Part shown: one piece after another, positions 24,649 through 36,893 of the stretch
Layout of the letters: every line of letters begins with the position of its first letter
Position numbering within the stretch: the stretch's first letter is position 1
Source of the DNA: Psammoneis japonica
Taxonomy: Eukaryota
Assembly (NCBI GenBank): GCA_008632985.1
Contig: QPGO01000110.1
Location: 186,001-250,000 of the forward strand
DNA length: 64,000 nt
Direction: 5' to 3'
Made by a program: the position numbers and the translations under genes
The notes under the pieces: model-generated
What the model saw: the letters and a program-made list of their open reading frames with translations, nothing else
The model's database searches: none
What the model was told of the DNA's origin: nothing

Positions 24649-26116
24649 ATGTTCAGTCTCCAGAGAATACTTCGTTTAAATGGTTTGCGAAGATGCGCTT
24701 CCTTCCTCCTTTTCGTGCTGGCCCTTTACATTGCGTTGGTCGATGTCTTTGGTAAATGGGGAAGTGGTTTCATTAACGACACGACACATTCTATTGGCAT
24801 TCTTTCAGTGAAACAACCCGATGGAATTGTCGTACCAGCAGGGCATCCTTGGCATCGATGGTCCGCACCAGAGATCGACACGGATTTGATGGTGCACATG
24901 CTGGAAACTGCAGAAGGGAGTGCCGCGTGCTTGACTCAGGCCGACAAGAGAGACTCGAAACAATGCAAACAACAGCATCAAATTGTCCCGCTGATCATTC
25001 GCAATGGCACAGTCTATCATTCTCTTATCCAAAGCAAATTCATCATGAGAGTGCGTAAAAAGGAGTGGACGAGAATCCGAGCATTTGAAGAGACACTTCA
25101 AATGGCTCTAGACATTGCACGAAAGAGCTACCATCAGGACAAGAGGTTGGCGAAGATTGCCCTGTCTGAGTTCCCCCTCTTTGTCAAGCGGGGTGACCCT
25201 ACTCGATGCATTTCCAAACCCATCTTAACTTGGGCGACACAAGTTGACAATGTCAATTGTCGTGACTCGTGGCCTGTTCCATCTTACCATCTCTGGCAGA
25301 GCAGCTTGAACAATACCCAAGAATGGAACCTGCGGTTTCAAGAGTACATGACCACATTTCCATGGGAGAAGAAGCGTCCCATGGCCGTGTGGCGGGGTGC
25401 ACCCAATGGACCCACACACTCATCATGGGAGGATTTGCCACGGGTTAGGCTCGTCCAACAAGGCATGATTCATCCAGATCTCATAGACGCAGCAATGGTG
25501 GGGATGCGTCCGCGGTGGAAGGATTTGAAACCCGAGACAGTGAACGCAACGATCTTTGCAGATCCAATTGAAGAACGCGACTTTATGAAATACATGGCCA
25601 TCATTGACATAGATGGAAACAGTTGGAGCAGTCGATTCGGACACTTGCTGTGCTACAATTCGGTAGTACTTAAGGTGAGGGGCTCGGATGTTGATTGCCT
25701 TGGGTTGCAAAAGCCGTGTTTTGCTTTAGGTGAAGGATCAACTGTTCATGGTGCTCACCAATATGTTCTTTTCTCATAAGGTACAACCACACGATGTTGA
25801 CTACTTTCAGAAGGAGCTCAAACCATGGAAGCATTATATTCCTGTTTATGCAAATCTATCAAACATGGTAGAAATGGTGGAATACGCAGTGGCGGAGGCG
25901 AATCGTGATGAAATGAAAAAAATGGTTCAAACCGCAAACGACTGGTGCAGCAAGAAACTTGTTCGTGCGCAACTGGCAATGGACCTCATGTGGACCCTGG
26001 TGTCCTATGTTGAGTTGCTTCACAACGACAGTAAGGGTTTTCTCGAGACTTGGAGAGAAAGCAGAAATGCTTATGACCTGCCGGCTCTCCAGATGGAACC
26101 AGTGCCCCTACTGTAG
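24649..26116 (+). CDS. Glycosyltransferase family 90 (CAP10/KDELC-like), type II membrane protein; intron 25675-25780
   Basis: PWEKK..AVWRG, FMKYMAIIDIDGNSWSSRFGHLLCYNSVVLK|VQP..LKPWKHYIPV; GTGAGG...TAAG phase-0 intron; alternative start at 24367. Confidence 0.9.
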
Positions 26117-26491
26117 AAGTCAGTCAGTTCTTGTTCAATATCAATTCATGAAACAATTCGTTCTCAATTATGAAAATTTTCTAGACACGTCTCGTCTTTG
26201 AGGGATATCACCATACATCATGCGTTCAACTAACGGTGGCTTTCGCCGCGTTGCTCAGAACGTCTCCATTCAAATGTTCTAGTTTTGGTTCGAATAGATG
26301 GATGATCAGGTATTAACATTAACGCTATGTCGACACGGCTTGTGCACGAGAAGCTTTGGAGGTACTATACTGTAGCGTCGGCCCTAGCTAGCTAGGCAGT
26401 AGTAGCTAGCTACTACTCTCTAGCTAGAGAGCTACAGACAATACCGGTAGATACTAAAAGGAAGGGTGTCTTTCTCCTCAATCTGAGTATG

Positions 26492-27997
26492 TTATGCTTT
26501 ATTATTCCCTTTATGGCCAGCTTTTCTAAGCTCTGACTTGTTTAACTTGTCCCATTCGCTTTGTAGAAAATCTGCAACTTGTTTCGCTGTAGCTCTGTCT
26601 TCCGGTTTCAAAGGCAAGCACATGTGCATTGCCTTTTTCAGCGCCACGACAACAGGATCGGTGCTATTTTCCTTTCCATTTTCGAGTATAGGAATGTCTC
26701 CTGCCAGAATGAGCTTTTCGGCCTCTGCTGTGTGAATGTGATTGTACTTGCGCTCGTCCATGATGAGTTTGTAAAAGATGTTTCCTAACGAGTACACGTC
26801 GGCCTTTTCCGTAACGTAGACTTTTTCTGCAAAGTATTCCTCGGGGGCTCGATTCTGTTGTTGAAATGCAGCACTCAACAGGTCAAGTCGGGAGCATTTC
26901 TAACGTTCGCCAGTGCAGCACAATGCGCTTACCTTGTCGCCTGCTCTACCACCTGCGGAAGGACAGGTTTCATTCTTGGCACTGTCCCACTCCAATAATC
27001 CAGCCGTATTGAAATCATTGATTTGGTAAACACCTCGGATGTAGACAAATTGTCGTACAGCAATATCAGAATGGACGACTGGCGAATGTTCTCCACCACC
27101 CAAACCATGAACATCTCGTAGCCCCTTTGCTGCCTGGAGTCCAGCTTCCAGTCGAGTCTCTCGCTTCATGGTTTGATAATGATCTTCCAGAGTACCTTCC
27201 GATGCAAAGTCATACAGCGCTGACGCTCCACAAAAATGGTAAATGTTTGCAACATACGGGGACGACGTGGCCTTTTCCGATATAATGGCGTCAATAATCT
27301 GACCACTGAGGTCCTTTTGGCTGAGTTCATATTCTTCACGCAACGTCTTGAGTGCAAAGCTCATGTCGTCGTGTCGATATTCCCACACGTCTCGCCACAA
27401 ACCATTATTCACCAGGCGCGTTTCGACAGAAGTTAAAATATCCATTTCATGAAATTGATTGCACGACGGATGAAAGGATGTTTGCCAATCATACATGGGT
27501 CGGCATCCAGCAAGACCAATTTGTTTTGCGTTTCGTGCACCTTGATCTGTAGCAACAGCCTGGGGTTTCGCCTCTAGATTTTTATATTTTCGTACAGTCA
27601 GACCTCGATCACTAGTATCAAGCGCTGTCGTCATGAATCTCGGCTTGGTCCTAAATCGAGATGTGCCAGAATCATCTCCTCGGGGAAGCAGAGCAAAGAG
27701 AGCTACCTGCCATACTAACGCTGCAGCCAGCAAGAGTTGAACAAGTCTTACGACGGTTTTGCCCTGACTCTGAATTTTGTTTCTTAGCATAAATTTCATT
27801 CGTCGTATTGGAGTCATGGAGCCGGAACTGCGTCGCTTTCCGTCGTCATCATTAGGATTCGACCGTGTAGCACTGCCGTTCAATGGGGGTGACGTATCTC
27901 GCACGCTCGTAAACTCATTGTGATTATTCGGATTCCGCTCTCTCAATCCGTGTCGCAACGAAGCAGCGTTGGAAGATGATGCTATGGGAGAAGTCAT
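26492..27997 (-). CDS. Membrane-anchored protein kinase-like (PKDCC-like family); intron 26855-26932
   Basis: GLWRDVW, FALKTL, VVHSDI, INDFN, K|NRAPEEY, EKADVYSLGN motifs; GTAAGC...CAG intron; single TM segment. Confidence 0.88.
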
Positions 27998-28483
27998 TGT
28001 GTGAACAAGAGTGCGAGTGCGAGTGATAGGGCTTACAATGCCTCTCTCCTCTCTATAATCGCAACAACTCGAACGTTGTGCTTTGTTGCACTTTGCGCCT
28101 GCTTTTCTGCACGTGTCCGTTGAGCGCGCAGGCGTTGCTGTCGGCGGCATTTTTTTGATTTTTTGCCTTCAAATTAAAATATATACAAGTACGAATAGTA
28201 TGATAAGACCTATCTATTCGTATGCTTGTCTGTCGGTGCGCTTGTTCCATCTTATTCGCGCATCTGCTTCTGCGTCGTCTGCGCTCTGAGATAAAAGATG
28301 CTACCGTACTGCGGCTGCGGCATGATTTCGCCATGATGTGTGTATCGCAACGGCGGCGGCCAACAACGTTCGTCTCACAAAGCACTGCAGTATACAATAA
28401 GTACTTGACAAACACCATACAGGATTGCCTTTCCTGATCTGAAGAGAAGAAGAGAGAGTGTGTTTCCCTTCAAGCAAAGGTTC

Positions 28484-28972
28484 ATGACAAAAATCCAATC
28501 GAAAACCAGCAAACAGTCTCTCTCGACGAAACGAAGCGGAGCCTTCTTGGCTGCAGGATTATTCATATTGATCCTGCTTGGTGTGACTTACTCCATGGTA
28601 TATCCTTTCTCATTTTCGTCCACAAAGACTGCCAATACTCACAGCAACACGAGCATGAAAGGATTTGGGTTTACAGTGTTTGGCAAGGTTCAAGGTGTCT
28701 ATTTTCGAAAGTACACGCAGAAAAAGGCTCTAGAATTACAACTGCATGGTTGGGTCCAGAACACGCCAGAGGGAACGGTCCGTGGCCAAGTGATTGGTAC
28801 TTCTAGCGAGAATTTGAAAAAGATGCGCTCCTTTTTGGAAAAGGAAGGATCGCCCAAGAGCAGAATTGATCGAGTTGATTTCACAGACTTGACACCAAAA
28901 CAAGTTGAGAAGCTTTTTTCAGAGACAAAACAAGATGGATTCGTCGTATTGAAAACGCCAAGGCGCCATTAA
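28484..28972 (+). CDS. Acylphosphatase with N-terminal signal anchor
   Basis: VFGKVQGVYFRKYT..A..L.L.GWVQNT..GTV signature and GSPKSRID; hydrophobic N-terminal segment. Confidence 0.92.
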   Translation: MTKIQSKTSKQSLSTKRSGAFLAAGLFILILLGVTYSMVYPFSFSSTKTANTHSNTSMKGFGFTVFGKVQGVYFRKYTQKKALELQLHGWVQNTPEGTVRGQVIGTSSENLKKMRSFLEKEGSPKSRIDRVDFTDLTPKQVEKLFSETKQDGFVVLKTPRRH

Positions 28973-29335
28973 CGCCTCGTTGGTATCGTTTCATTTAAGA
29001 TATGTAAAGTTATCATACGCAACTTTTGCTTGTTCCTCTTTGACATGCGCTCCCTCCGGGGTATTACAAGACGGGAAAAAAGTCGCAAATCATAGTACGG
29101 AAAGGCCCGTACAGGAGAGAGAGGAAGAGAGAGTTTCAAAGGATCTCTAGTGTCATAGTCATAGTTCTTAATCTTTTTGATCCATGACACACTTGCAATT
29201 CCATTCAATGTTCGGCGTACAAGGCATAAATAATATAGACATGACCACCAAACAATGTTCATAGAGGCTCAAGTAATAGCATGTCCACAAAATGTGCAGG
29301 AGGTACACATTGGTGCTGCACTCCGCTCCTTACAT

Positions 29336-30015
29336 TTAGGAAGCACCGCCGTGCTTGTTGGCAGGATGATTTTTCTTTTCGTCGTTGCCTTTTCCCTTCT
29401 CTTCAAGCCGCTTGATCTTTTCCTCCTCAAAGAAACGTGCGCATGCCTGCACAATGGCGTTGCCACCATCGTGGTACGATTCAAACTCGTCGCCGTCTGC
29501 GATTCGATTGAAAGCTCGAATGGATGCCTCGGAGAAGGTTCCTGGGGGAATTGAGTCAAGCGGAAAACGCCAGAAATGGACTTCTTTTCTCTGAAAGGTG
29601 CGAAACTCATTCTTGTCGAGATCGATGGCATGGCCCCATTGTTCAGAGCTGAGGCTGTTGAGGAGTGCCTCTTTGTCAAACTGGAAAATGGACCCACAGA
29701 AGCATCCAGACTGCAGCGTCTTTGTGATGCTGAGCTGACATTTTCGAGTCAAGCAGTGCCAATCATCATCTGATTGTCTGCTGACACCGAGATCTGTGTG
29801 CTCGTGCAAGGCGACCTTGTCAGCTTCCGTGGGAGTTCCAGTGGCATGTTTGATGTTGTCGAGTGCCCACTTCCACATTTCCAAAAGTTCCCCAATTGAA
29901 TGTCATGAACCAAAGTCCAACCCAATCCAGGACGCTGTGGGCAGGAATCGAAGTGGTTGCATGCAAGGCAAACTTTGCCCTTGCAGACGATCGCCCAATG
30001 GCCGCGGGTTCCCAT
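29336..30015 (-). pseudogene. Frameshifted, TA-mutated hypothetical gene (MGTRG..YNHxDSYP..LG type)
   Basis: MGTRGHWAIVCKGKVCLACNHFDSCP, then after a frameshift TDLGVSRQSDDDWHCLTRKCQ...WGHAIDLDKNEF. Confidence 0.6.
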
Positions 30016-31602
30016 TGTCTCTCGTGCAGCGGTGCAGCAGGATGAAGTTAAAAGCGAGCAAAAAGCACGCCACAGACAGGTGATCAAGTCTCGTGCCAAC
30101 ACACAAGACAAGCTGCAGAGAGTCAACACTGTGCACAAAGAGATGTTCACTGGCTGTTGTGAGATGATCAGAGCCAGTCTCTGATCCGAAAGTGAGCGAC
30201 AGCAGCTTGATTGACATCGAGTCAATCCAAGATCCAACAAAATCAGTCCCACCCAGATGGAATTTCAGTCATGGTTTCCTGGAGGGCAAATGCATCCGGT
30301 CATGAAGCTCTGTGTAAAACTGGATGTGGTCTTTCTTTTGTGTGTGTCACATGAGCAGTGTGTGGCTTTTCTTGCGGCGGAACAAGGAGATGGGTGTGTT
30401 TACCGAGTGATGAAAACAGGATTGCATCGAGAAGAACCCTTCCACAATCGTGGAGAGGATGCATGGCTGCTGAGCATGCCAACAAACAACAGCTGATTGT
30501 TCCTTCTCTTTGACAAGAAGCAAGTGCTCCCCCGCTTTCTCTTGCGAGATGGCGACAAGTTGTGCTGCACCTTTTCATTTTGGTCTTGTCAAAAAGTCCT
30601 CCCTGTGTGCTCCCATCATTGGAATCCATTGGATCTGACTGAAAATCTTTGTCCCCATCGCAGCCCTCTCTCTTTCTCATTGGAGTTGCTGTCGTCATCG
30701 TCTCTCGTTTTCTCCAGGAGTCTGCACTGAGCATCAGACCCCGACTCCTCGTCATCATCATCCTCCAAACCTTCACTTTCTGCTTCATTTCCAGTCTCCA
30801 GGATCATTGTCTTCTGACAGTTCCAGCCTCTCCAATGATGCTCTGTTGGCTGGCCATTCATGTGGAGTCATGTCTTTGCACTCATGACGCACTTTGCGGC
30901 ATTCACAAGGGATCCTTCAGTGCCCAATTTCTGGGCAACCATCCTTGTCAGACTTGCTGAGACCACACTTGTCACTGTCATGTGGTTGTCTTGCATTTTG
31001 TCTCCTTGGTGCTGGGAAATGTACCGGCTTCCTGGGTGTGCTGTTCCCCCCAACCCCCCAAGAAGGTGAAGACCCCCCTTCTCTCAGTGCATCATGAGTG
31101 GCCCACCAAGGCAATTTGGAAGCATCGCGGCTCTTGTCCTTGGCTTCAGATGAGTCATTGTTGCCAGGTTGTGGCACAGCAGTGGCTTGACTGTTTGACT
31201 TGGCTGTTCCTCCCACCACTTGACGTGAGCTCACCATCATCACACAACTTTCTTCAGCACTGCACAGCCCAGCAAGTGATTTTTTTTTCTTGTTGTGGCT
31301 CTTGTTGCTGCTGCTTTTGTCTTTGGGCATGTTGCAGAGTCAGAGCCAAGAAACATTGTTTTGTCAAAATTGCCATGTGGCTTTCCAGTTTTCTGCACAA
31401 AAAATCTTTCCCTCCCACAACACATGATGACAGTGTTGTCATTGCCACCACTGCACTCTTTTTGTGTTGAGCAACAGATGCGTGTGACAATTTTTTCAGG
31501 AGAATCTGTGGTTGGGCAACTTGCCTTTGCTGCTTTCATCACTCCCAGCAACTCATTGCCTCTGAGACAAACCCTCACTTGGTTTGGGGTTTGAGCCATG
31601 TT

Positions 31603-31810
31603 GCCATCCAGGTCAGAGAGAGGAGAGGAAGATGACAGAAGAATCACAGTGAGAGCTTTTGCAAGAATTCCTTTGCAAAACTGCTGCATCCCTGCAATCA
31701 AGAGAGTGCCATCCAGGTCAGAGAGAGGAGAGGAAGATGGCAGAAGAATCACAGTGAGAGCTTTTGCAAGGCTTCCTTTACAAAACTGCTGCATCCCTGC
31801 AATCAAGAGA
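31603..31810. repeat. Tandem duplication of a 105-bp unit
   Basis: Units start at 31603 and 31708 (gccatccaggtcagagagagg...); ctttgcaaaa vs ctttacaaaa is one of the differences. Confidence 0.9.
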
Positions 31811-32199
31811 ATCGTCAAGAGCTCAGGAGCTCAGCCCCTCAGCAGGTTCAAGAAAGCAGCACTTGCCAACTTTGAAACCAAGCACCTGTGGACTTTGTCT
31901 CATGCCAAGCAAGGCAGCCCCAGCAGAGCTGGTGGCGAGACTCACTCACCCACCTTTTGCACATGCACTCCGCTCGGTGATGTGAGTGCCACCCACCTCA
32001 GGCAGCAAGGTGGTTCGGGCAAACAAGTGTCGCGTGGAGACTTGAGACACCACCTTGGGTCTCTTTTTCATGTTGTCATGTGGCAGCCTCAAGCGATCTC
32101 CTTTTGGGTCCACCCATCTCACACTGTCAAAAGAAGAGCTGTTTTTGAAATCAAAAGCCCACTTAAAGTGGTCCACAAGTGGAGTCAAACTGTGCTGCC

Positions 32200-33230
32200 A
32201 TTCGTGTTGCTTTTCTGCACAAGCACCCACTGGCAACCCCCACGTGTGTTTCTACGTGTGCTCTCGTGCTGATGTTGCCCTTTTCAGACAGCATTTTGCT
32301 GAGTCCCCTGTCAACCTTTTGGCCCCTTCTGCCATTGGTGCACCCTTTTATCTCCATGATGTGCAATGATTTTCAGTGGAAAACGACTGGCATTGACACT
32401 TTGTGGTTCGCATGCTTGTTGTCTCATTTGGTGATTTTTTGTGGATTCGGTGCGATTTCTGCACAGAATCCAGCACAAGTTCTACGCGCTTCAGAAACAC
32501 ATGCCGACAGTCATTGCGTCTCCGACACGATCAACTTCCATCCTCACCCGAAAGCCCCCAACAATTTCTTTTGCTCCTGCTGGCCACTCAAGTTCTTCAC
32601 CTCATGTGGTGAAAGTGCTGTCTCTGTTGTGGTGCCTGCGAGTGTTCGCATGGACAAACCATCGGCATCATCTGACGACCGTCCATTTGCTGCGCGGATC
32701 GGTTTTTCTGTGCAAGACTCAGCGTCAATTCTGCGTGAGAACAACATTTCTTCCGACGACCTTCTCGTCACATCACCAAGAATTCCTGTTTCATCCTTGC
32801 AAGTCACGAACATCCCCTTTTCCACTTGCTGGCCCACCAAGATCACTGTTCCGAGCAGTGAACTGCACATTGTTGTTCTGGTTCATGCAATTGTGAAATT
32901 CAATCAGTCTTTGTTGAAGACAAAAGATTCTCTCTCAGAGGCAAAGATTTTCTCTCAGAGTATGCGCTGACTTTGAATTCTCTACTTAACTTGATTGTCC
33001 TTTGCTGTGGTGGTTTGGGTGCCTTACATCCTCTCCGAAAGAAAGCAACAATCTCATTCTGGTGCAATTTTTCCTTGACCTTTTATCACTGGTGCGTGTC
33101 GCTGCAAAGCGGCGCGTTGACCGACTGATCGCACGATGTTCTGCCGCACTCTCCTCGCAGGGTGCACTGGAAGTGTGGGTTAGCCGGCGCCGGTGTTGCT
33201 GGGCAAAGGTGTGATAGCACTTAAAATTAG
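32200..33230 (+). repeat. Dispersed repeat, copy 1 (about 1 kb; copy 2 at about 60865-61885), part of a decayed element with a minus-strand ORF
   Basis: Colinear homology visible at the DNA level and between ORFs 32179-32970 and 60865-61698. Confidence 0.9.
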
Positions 33231-33434
33231 GTTTTGGTTTTTTTTTTTGTGTTGCCATTCGTGTTGACAGAAAAAAACTTTTCCCAAGCGGTTTTCATGT
33301 CATGCCTTTACAAGGTTCTTATCTTCAACCACAGGATGGGTCAGGGCGGAGGGCGCTGCATGCAATGCGCTGCCGCACTGAAAGTCGTAAAGAGAACACA
33401 AATCGAATCTAATTACTAAAGCATTAAAAACACT

Positions 33435-33512
33435 CTCTCCACGAAACCACATCAGACAAAATCTCACGTTCGGAGAACGCAAGAGATCTGTCGTCATTCC
33501 ATTTCATAAAAG
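33435..33512 (-). promoter_or_regulatory. SECIS-like stem-loop in the 3' UTR of the UGA-containing gene
   Basis: Minus strand: tttatgaaat-gga-ATGAC-gacagatctc-tt-gcgttc-tcc-gaacgt-gagattttgtc-TGAT-gtg-gtttcgtgga: helix I, AUGA/GA core, 10-bp helix II and apical mini-stem; lacks the usual apical AA. Confidence 0.7.
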
Positions 33513-33570
33513 AAAGCCTCTTCAACACCCCATGATCCTCCAAACCCATCCACTGCAGCTACCCAACCCT

Positions 33571-36465
33571 TTACGATTGCGATGACATCAAAACCTGTTT
33601 CACAGTCCATGAAACTAAATCTTGGATGCAGTAGCCACCCACAACGCGTGGTTCGGCAATGGTCGACATCCGACGATCACGGACCGATCCAATGCCATAC
33701 CAACGGAATGGCCAGCATGAATACAATTCATGAAATTTGTTATCTTCGGCTGCATCTACCAAGCGTACAAATTCATCGCCCACACCAAGTTCCGTCAAAC
33801 GTTCCCGGGCCACCTTCATGCGTTCGTCTGTAGATTGTGCCTGACGGATTTCTACCGGATGACCCACCGGCCACTCATCGGAAGCGTGTGCTTCAGCAAT
33901 GTAGACAAAGGCAAAGACCATACGATGACCAAACGTTTAGGCCAACGTTGACAAAAGTCCAGCATTTGCCCGAAATGGGGGTCAGGTATACGACGCTCCC
34001 AAAACTAAAACAGGGACGTCCTTCTTGCTGCTTTCTGGGCATTGTTCCCTGCATCGCTTTTCGATCTCTGACCAGAGAGATGTTCGACGTCCGTGAGTCA
34101 GAGTGAATAGATTCACATCAGGAGCGACATCACCAATTTTTAATAAGCCCTTAGTGCAGCGATTGTGCCGGACATAGTGTGATATCATGGCTGTCTCGGG
34201 GAATAGAGTCGAAGCTGAACGAATCAATTCAATACCCAAAGATGGTTCAACGTTGAATTCGGACGCGACATGACCTTGCAGGGCAGTTGTAAAGCTAGTC
34301 CCTTTCTCTTCGTTTTCCCCACAGTCTCTGTAGATAGCCTGAATTCTTGGGTGCAAACGCAGTGCATTCTCGCGACGTAGCATCGCCGCAAGAAGGACTT
34401 GAACCTGGTTCACATCGAATTTCGATAGCGTACAGCGAGTGAGTGCAGGTCTGGCTCTGTTGTCGGAAGTGGGCATGAACTCCGTGTCCAGACCATGGAA
34501 GGAAAAGGATCCATATGCCATGTTGGTCTTTCGTTTTGTTGATTGAGTAGGTAACGAGCATTCTAAATGATCCGAGCATAATCGAACAGAGTCAATCCTT
34601 TCAAAATTATTCCGGCCGTTGACTACGCCCAGCATGCGCACGACCATAAAACGACGGTCCTCTCGACGTTCCCTTTCTTCAGCCAATCTATTTGCCTCGT
34701 CAATTCGGTTACTCCATTCTGTAACAGACGTTTGCCCTTGACGCGGGGTGTACATGGTTTCACTATGTAACATGGTCCGACGATACGTCGAATCGGTCTG
34801 AAAAAGACGCAGTACTTTCAACATGTCGCCCGACACAAGTCGCCGTTGTACGGCCGTCGCCATGACGACTGACGGAACCGGTACAAAGGGTAAACGTATG
34901 AGGGTCACAAGAGACTTAGTTTCTTCGTTCGTGGCTTGTGTCGCATCCGACCAATTGAGAACAAGGTGCAAAAGCTCGTCCTCGGGTAACTCGACGAAAT
35001 TGGAAGTTAGCATCTTTTGCAAGGCCTGCAACGATATTTCGCTTGGTTGTGCAGCCAATACCCCTACATTCCGACAGAGAAACTTGTGACATTCCCAACG
35101 TAGGAAAGTAGCGTTGTACTGTTCGGCAACATCCATGATAAGTTGCAAATTATGTGGTTGCAGTTGTGCAGCGATAGATTGTTCACATTCTCGTGTGGCA
35201 ATCTCCAAGCCAAAGTATATGGCACAATCCATTTCTTGAGCCACAATACTTTCCCAAGACTTCTGTTTGGAATCCAGCTCCAAGGAATTTCCGTAACACG
35301 AACATACCAACGCCTTCACACTATCGGCAGAAAAAAGATCTGAATCGAGACGAAAGATTCTCTTGAATTTCTCTTCGTGAGTCGTATCTACTTCCACGGT
35401 CGTGCTATCTGTCGCAGTAGCAGCTACTGCTGTCGATGTTGACGAGGCCGGTGATACCCAACGTTGGAGAAAGTTACGAAAATATTGAGAATGGGCGCAT
35501 AGAAGTGAAGCATGAGCGGGCACGGTCCATTCCACGGGGGCCGAGGGACTTCCTCGACGGCACCCAACAATGGCAACATCTGGTTTACCCAGAGGGGAAA
35601 GTGACGCTCTGGCATCAGCTTGGTCATCGTCAGATTTGAGTTGTGCCTTACTGTCTGCCTGGGTTACTATTGAGTAGGCTTGTGGATTGGACGCTTGAAG
35701 GAAGTGGGTCAGATCTTTCGTTACGGATTCTGCCTGTAAATTGGCTAACCAATCCGCTCCAAACAAATCTTCAAAAGCCTTGGTTCGATATTTTTTACTG
35801 CTTGCTTTCTCCGTCGGCAATTGTATGGAATCATCAAGGTGCGCTGTGCTGTCGCTGCTACTACTGCTGCTAGTACTGCTGCTGCCGCAACTCGAGTCTT
35901 CGCTATTTGTGCGACTACGGCGGTTGGCAGCGACATGCCTCGCCCAACCCACCACTCCATAAGCACTCGCTACTGCAAGGTGTAAGTAATGTGGATCTTG
36001 GGCCAATACACCACCGGTAATGGTTAAAATCAAGTCATTGCCATTGTCTTTTGTTTCTTTCCATTGACGTAACAGTTCTTCCGTTGTTTCCTTCGCTTCC
36101 CAAAAGAGTTTGGGTAAGCGTGCCAACAGGATAGCCCAATGAGCCCGTACCGTTGACACTGCGACCATGGGAGTCGTTGTTGTATCGTCGGCGGCCTCCG
36201 CAAGTACACGGATCGTAACGTCACAGGCAATTTCCTCTTTCCATAGTGTTGCCACGTTCGTAAGAAAGATATCTTGAATAGACAACAAAGCTGTTGGATC
36301 AACACAATCGGCAGGGAAGGTCATCTTTCGTTCCTCTTCGAGACATGTCGGTGTTTTCTCTCCTTCATCATCGGAATCAGACAGGACCCAATCGTCGTCA
36401 TAGTTTTTGACACACTTTCGGATAGAGCTGAGTGACCAGGATCGGTAGAGTTCTAATGTTTTCAT
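33571..36465 (-). CDS. BTB/POZ-BACK protein fused to an iodothyronine deiodinase-like (thioredoxin-fold) selenoprotein domain; Sec UGA at 33982-33984; additional in-frame TAA at 33937-33939
   Basis: Two BTB-like segments (CDVTI..RAHWAILLAR; PAHASLLCAHSQYF) and a BACK-like region (ELPEDELLHLVLNW..IRLPF), then LKIGDVAPDV..VLVLGASYT-UGA-PPF..FVYIAEAHASDEWP, matching the deiodinase SxTUPPF and YIxEAHxxDxW motifs. Confidence 0.8.
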
Positions 36466-36893
36466 GTTGTTCGTGTTTACGGCAGAGGTGGCAGCCACAA
36501 CCGTGTCCCCTGTAGCAGCAGCTCCGATGCACTGTATCCAGTATACCTCCTCCTCCTCCTACACTACTACTACTTCTTCTTCTTCAACGAATGGTGGTGG
36601 ACGTTACACAGGCTGTGGACTGTGGACGTTGTGGCCCCGACGGGCGTCTGTTCATGGTGATGAGAAAAGCGAAAAGCGAATGCTGTTTTTGCGATCGAGA
36701 GCGCGCGCGAAAGGCGCGCATGCACGGTGTGTCGCGCACTCCATTGCTATTAGGCCGTCGTGCTTCCAACAACCAGAAAAAGGTGCGTGCGGTGATTTGA
36801 GTTGCGGGTGCGACGATGATGAACTAAGGCCGAAAGATCAAAAGATCAATCCTCTCATCACGATCGGTACTATTTCCAGCTCTAAAGAAAGCC

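Noticed and set aside
31603..31810. Repeated units as a possible CRISPR-like array
   Set aside because: Simple two-unit tandem duplication without spacers, in eukaryotic context.
3067..33939. Stop-codon reassignment suggested by in-frame TAG (3067) and TAA (33937)
   Set aside because: Well-supported genes here terminate at TAA/TAG at expected positions, and long ORFs have no internal TAR codons.
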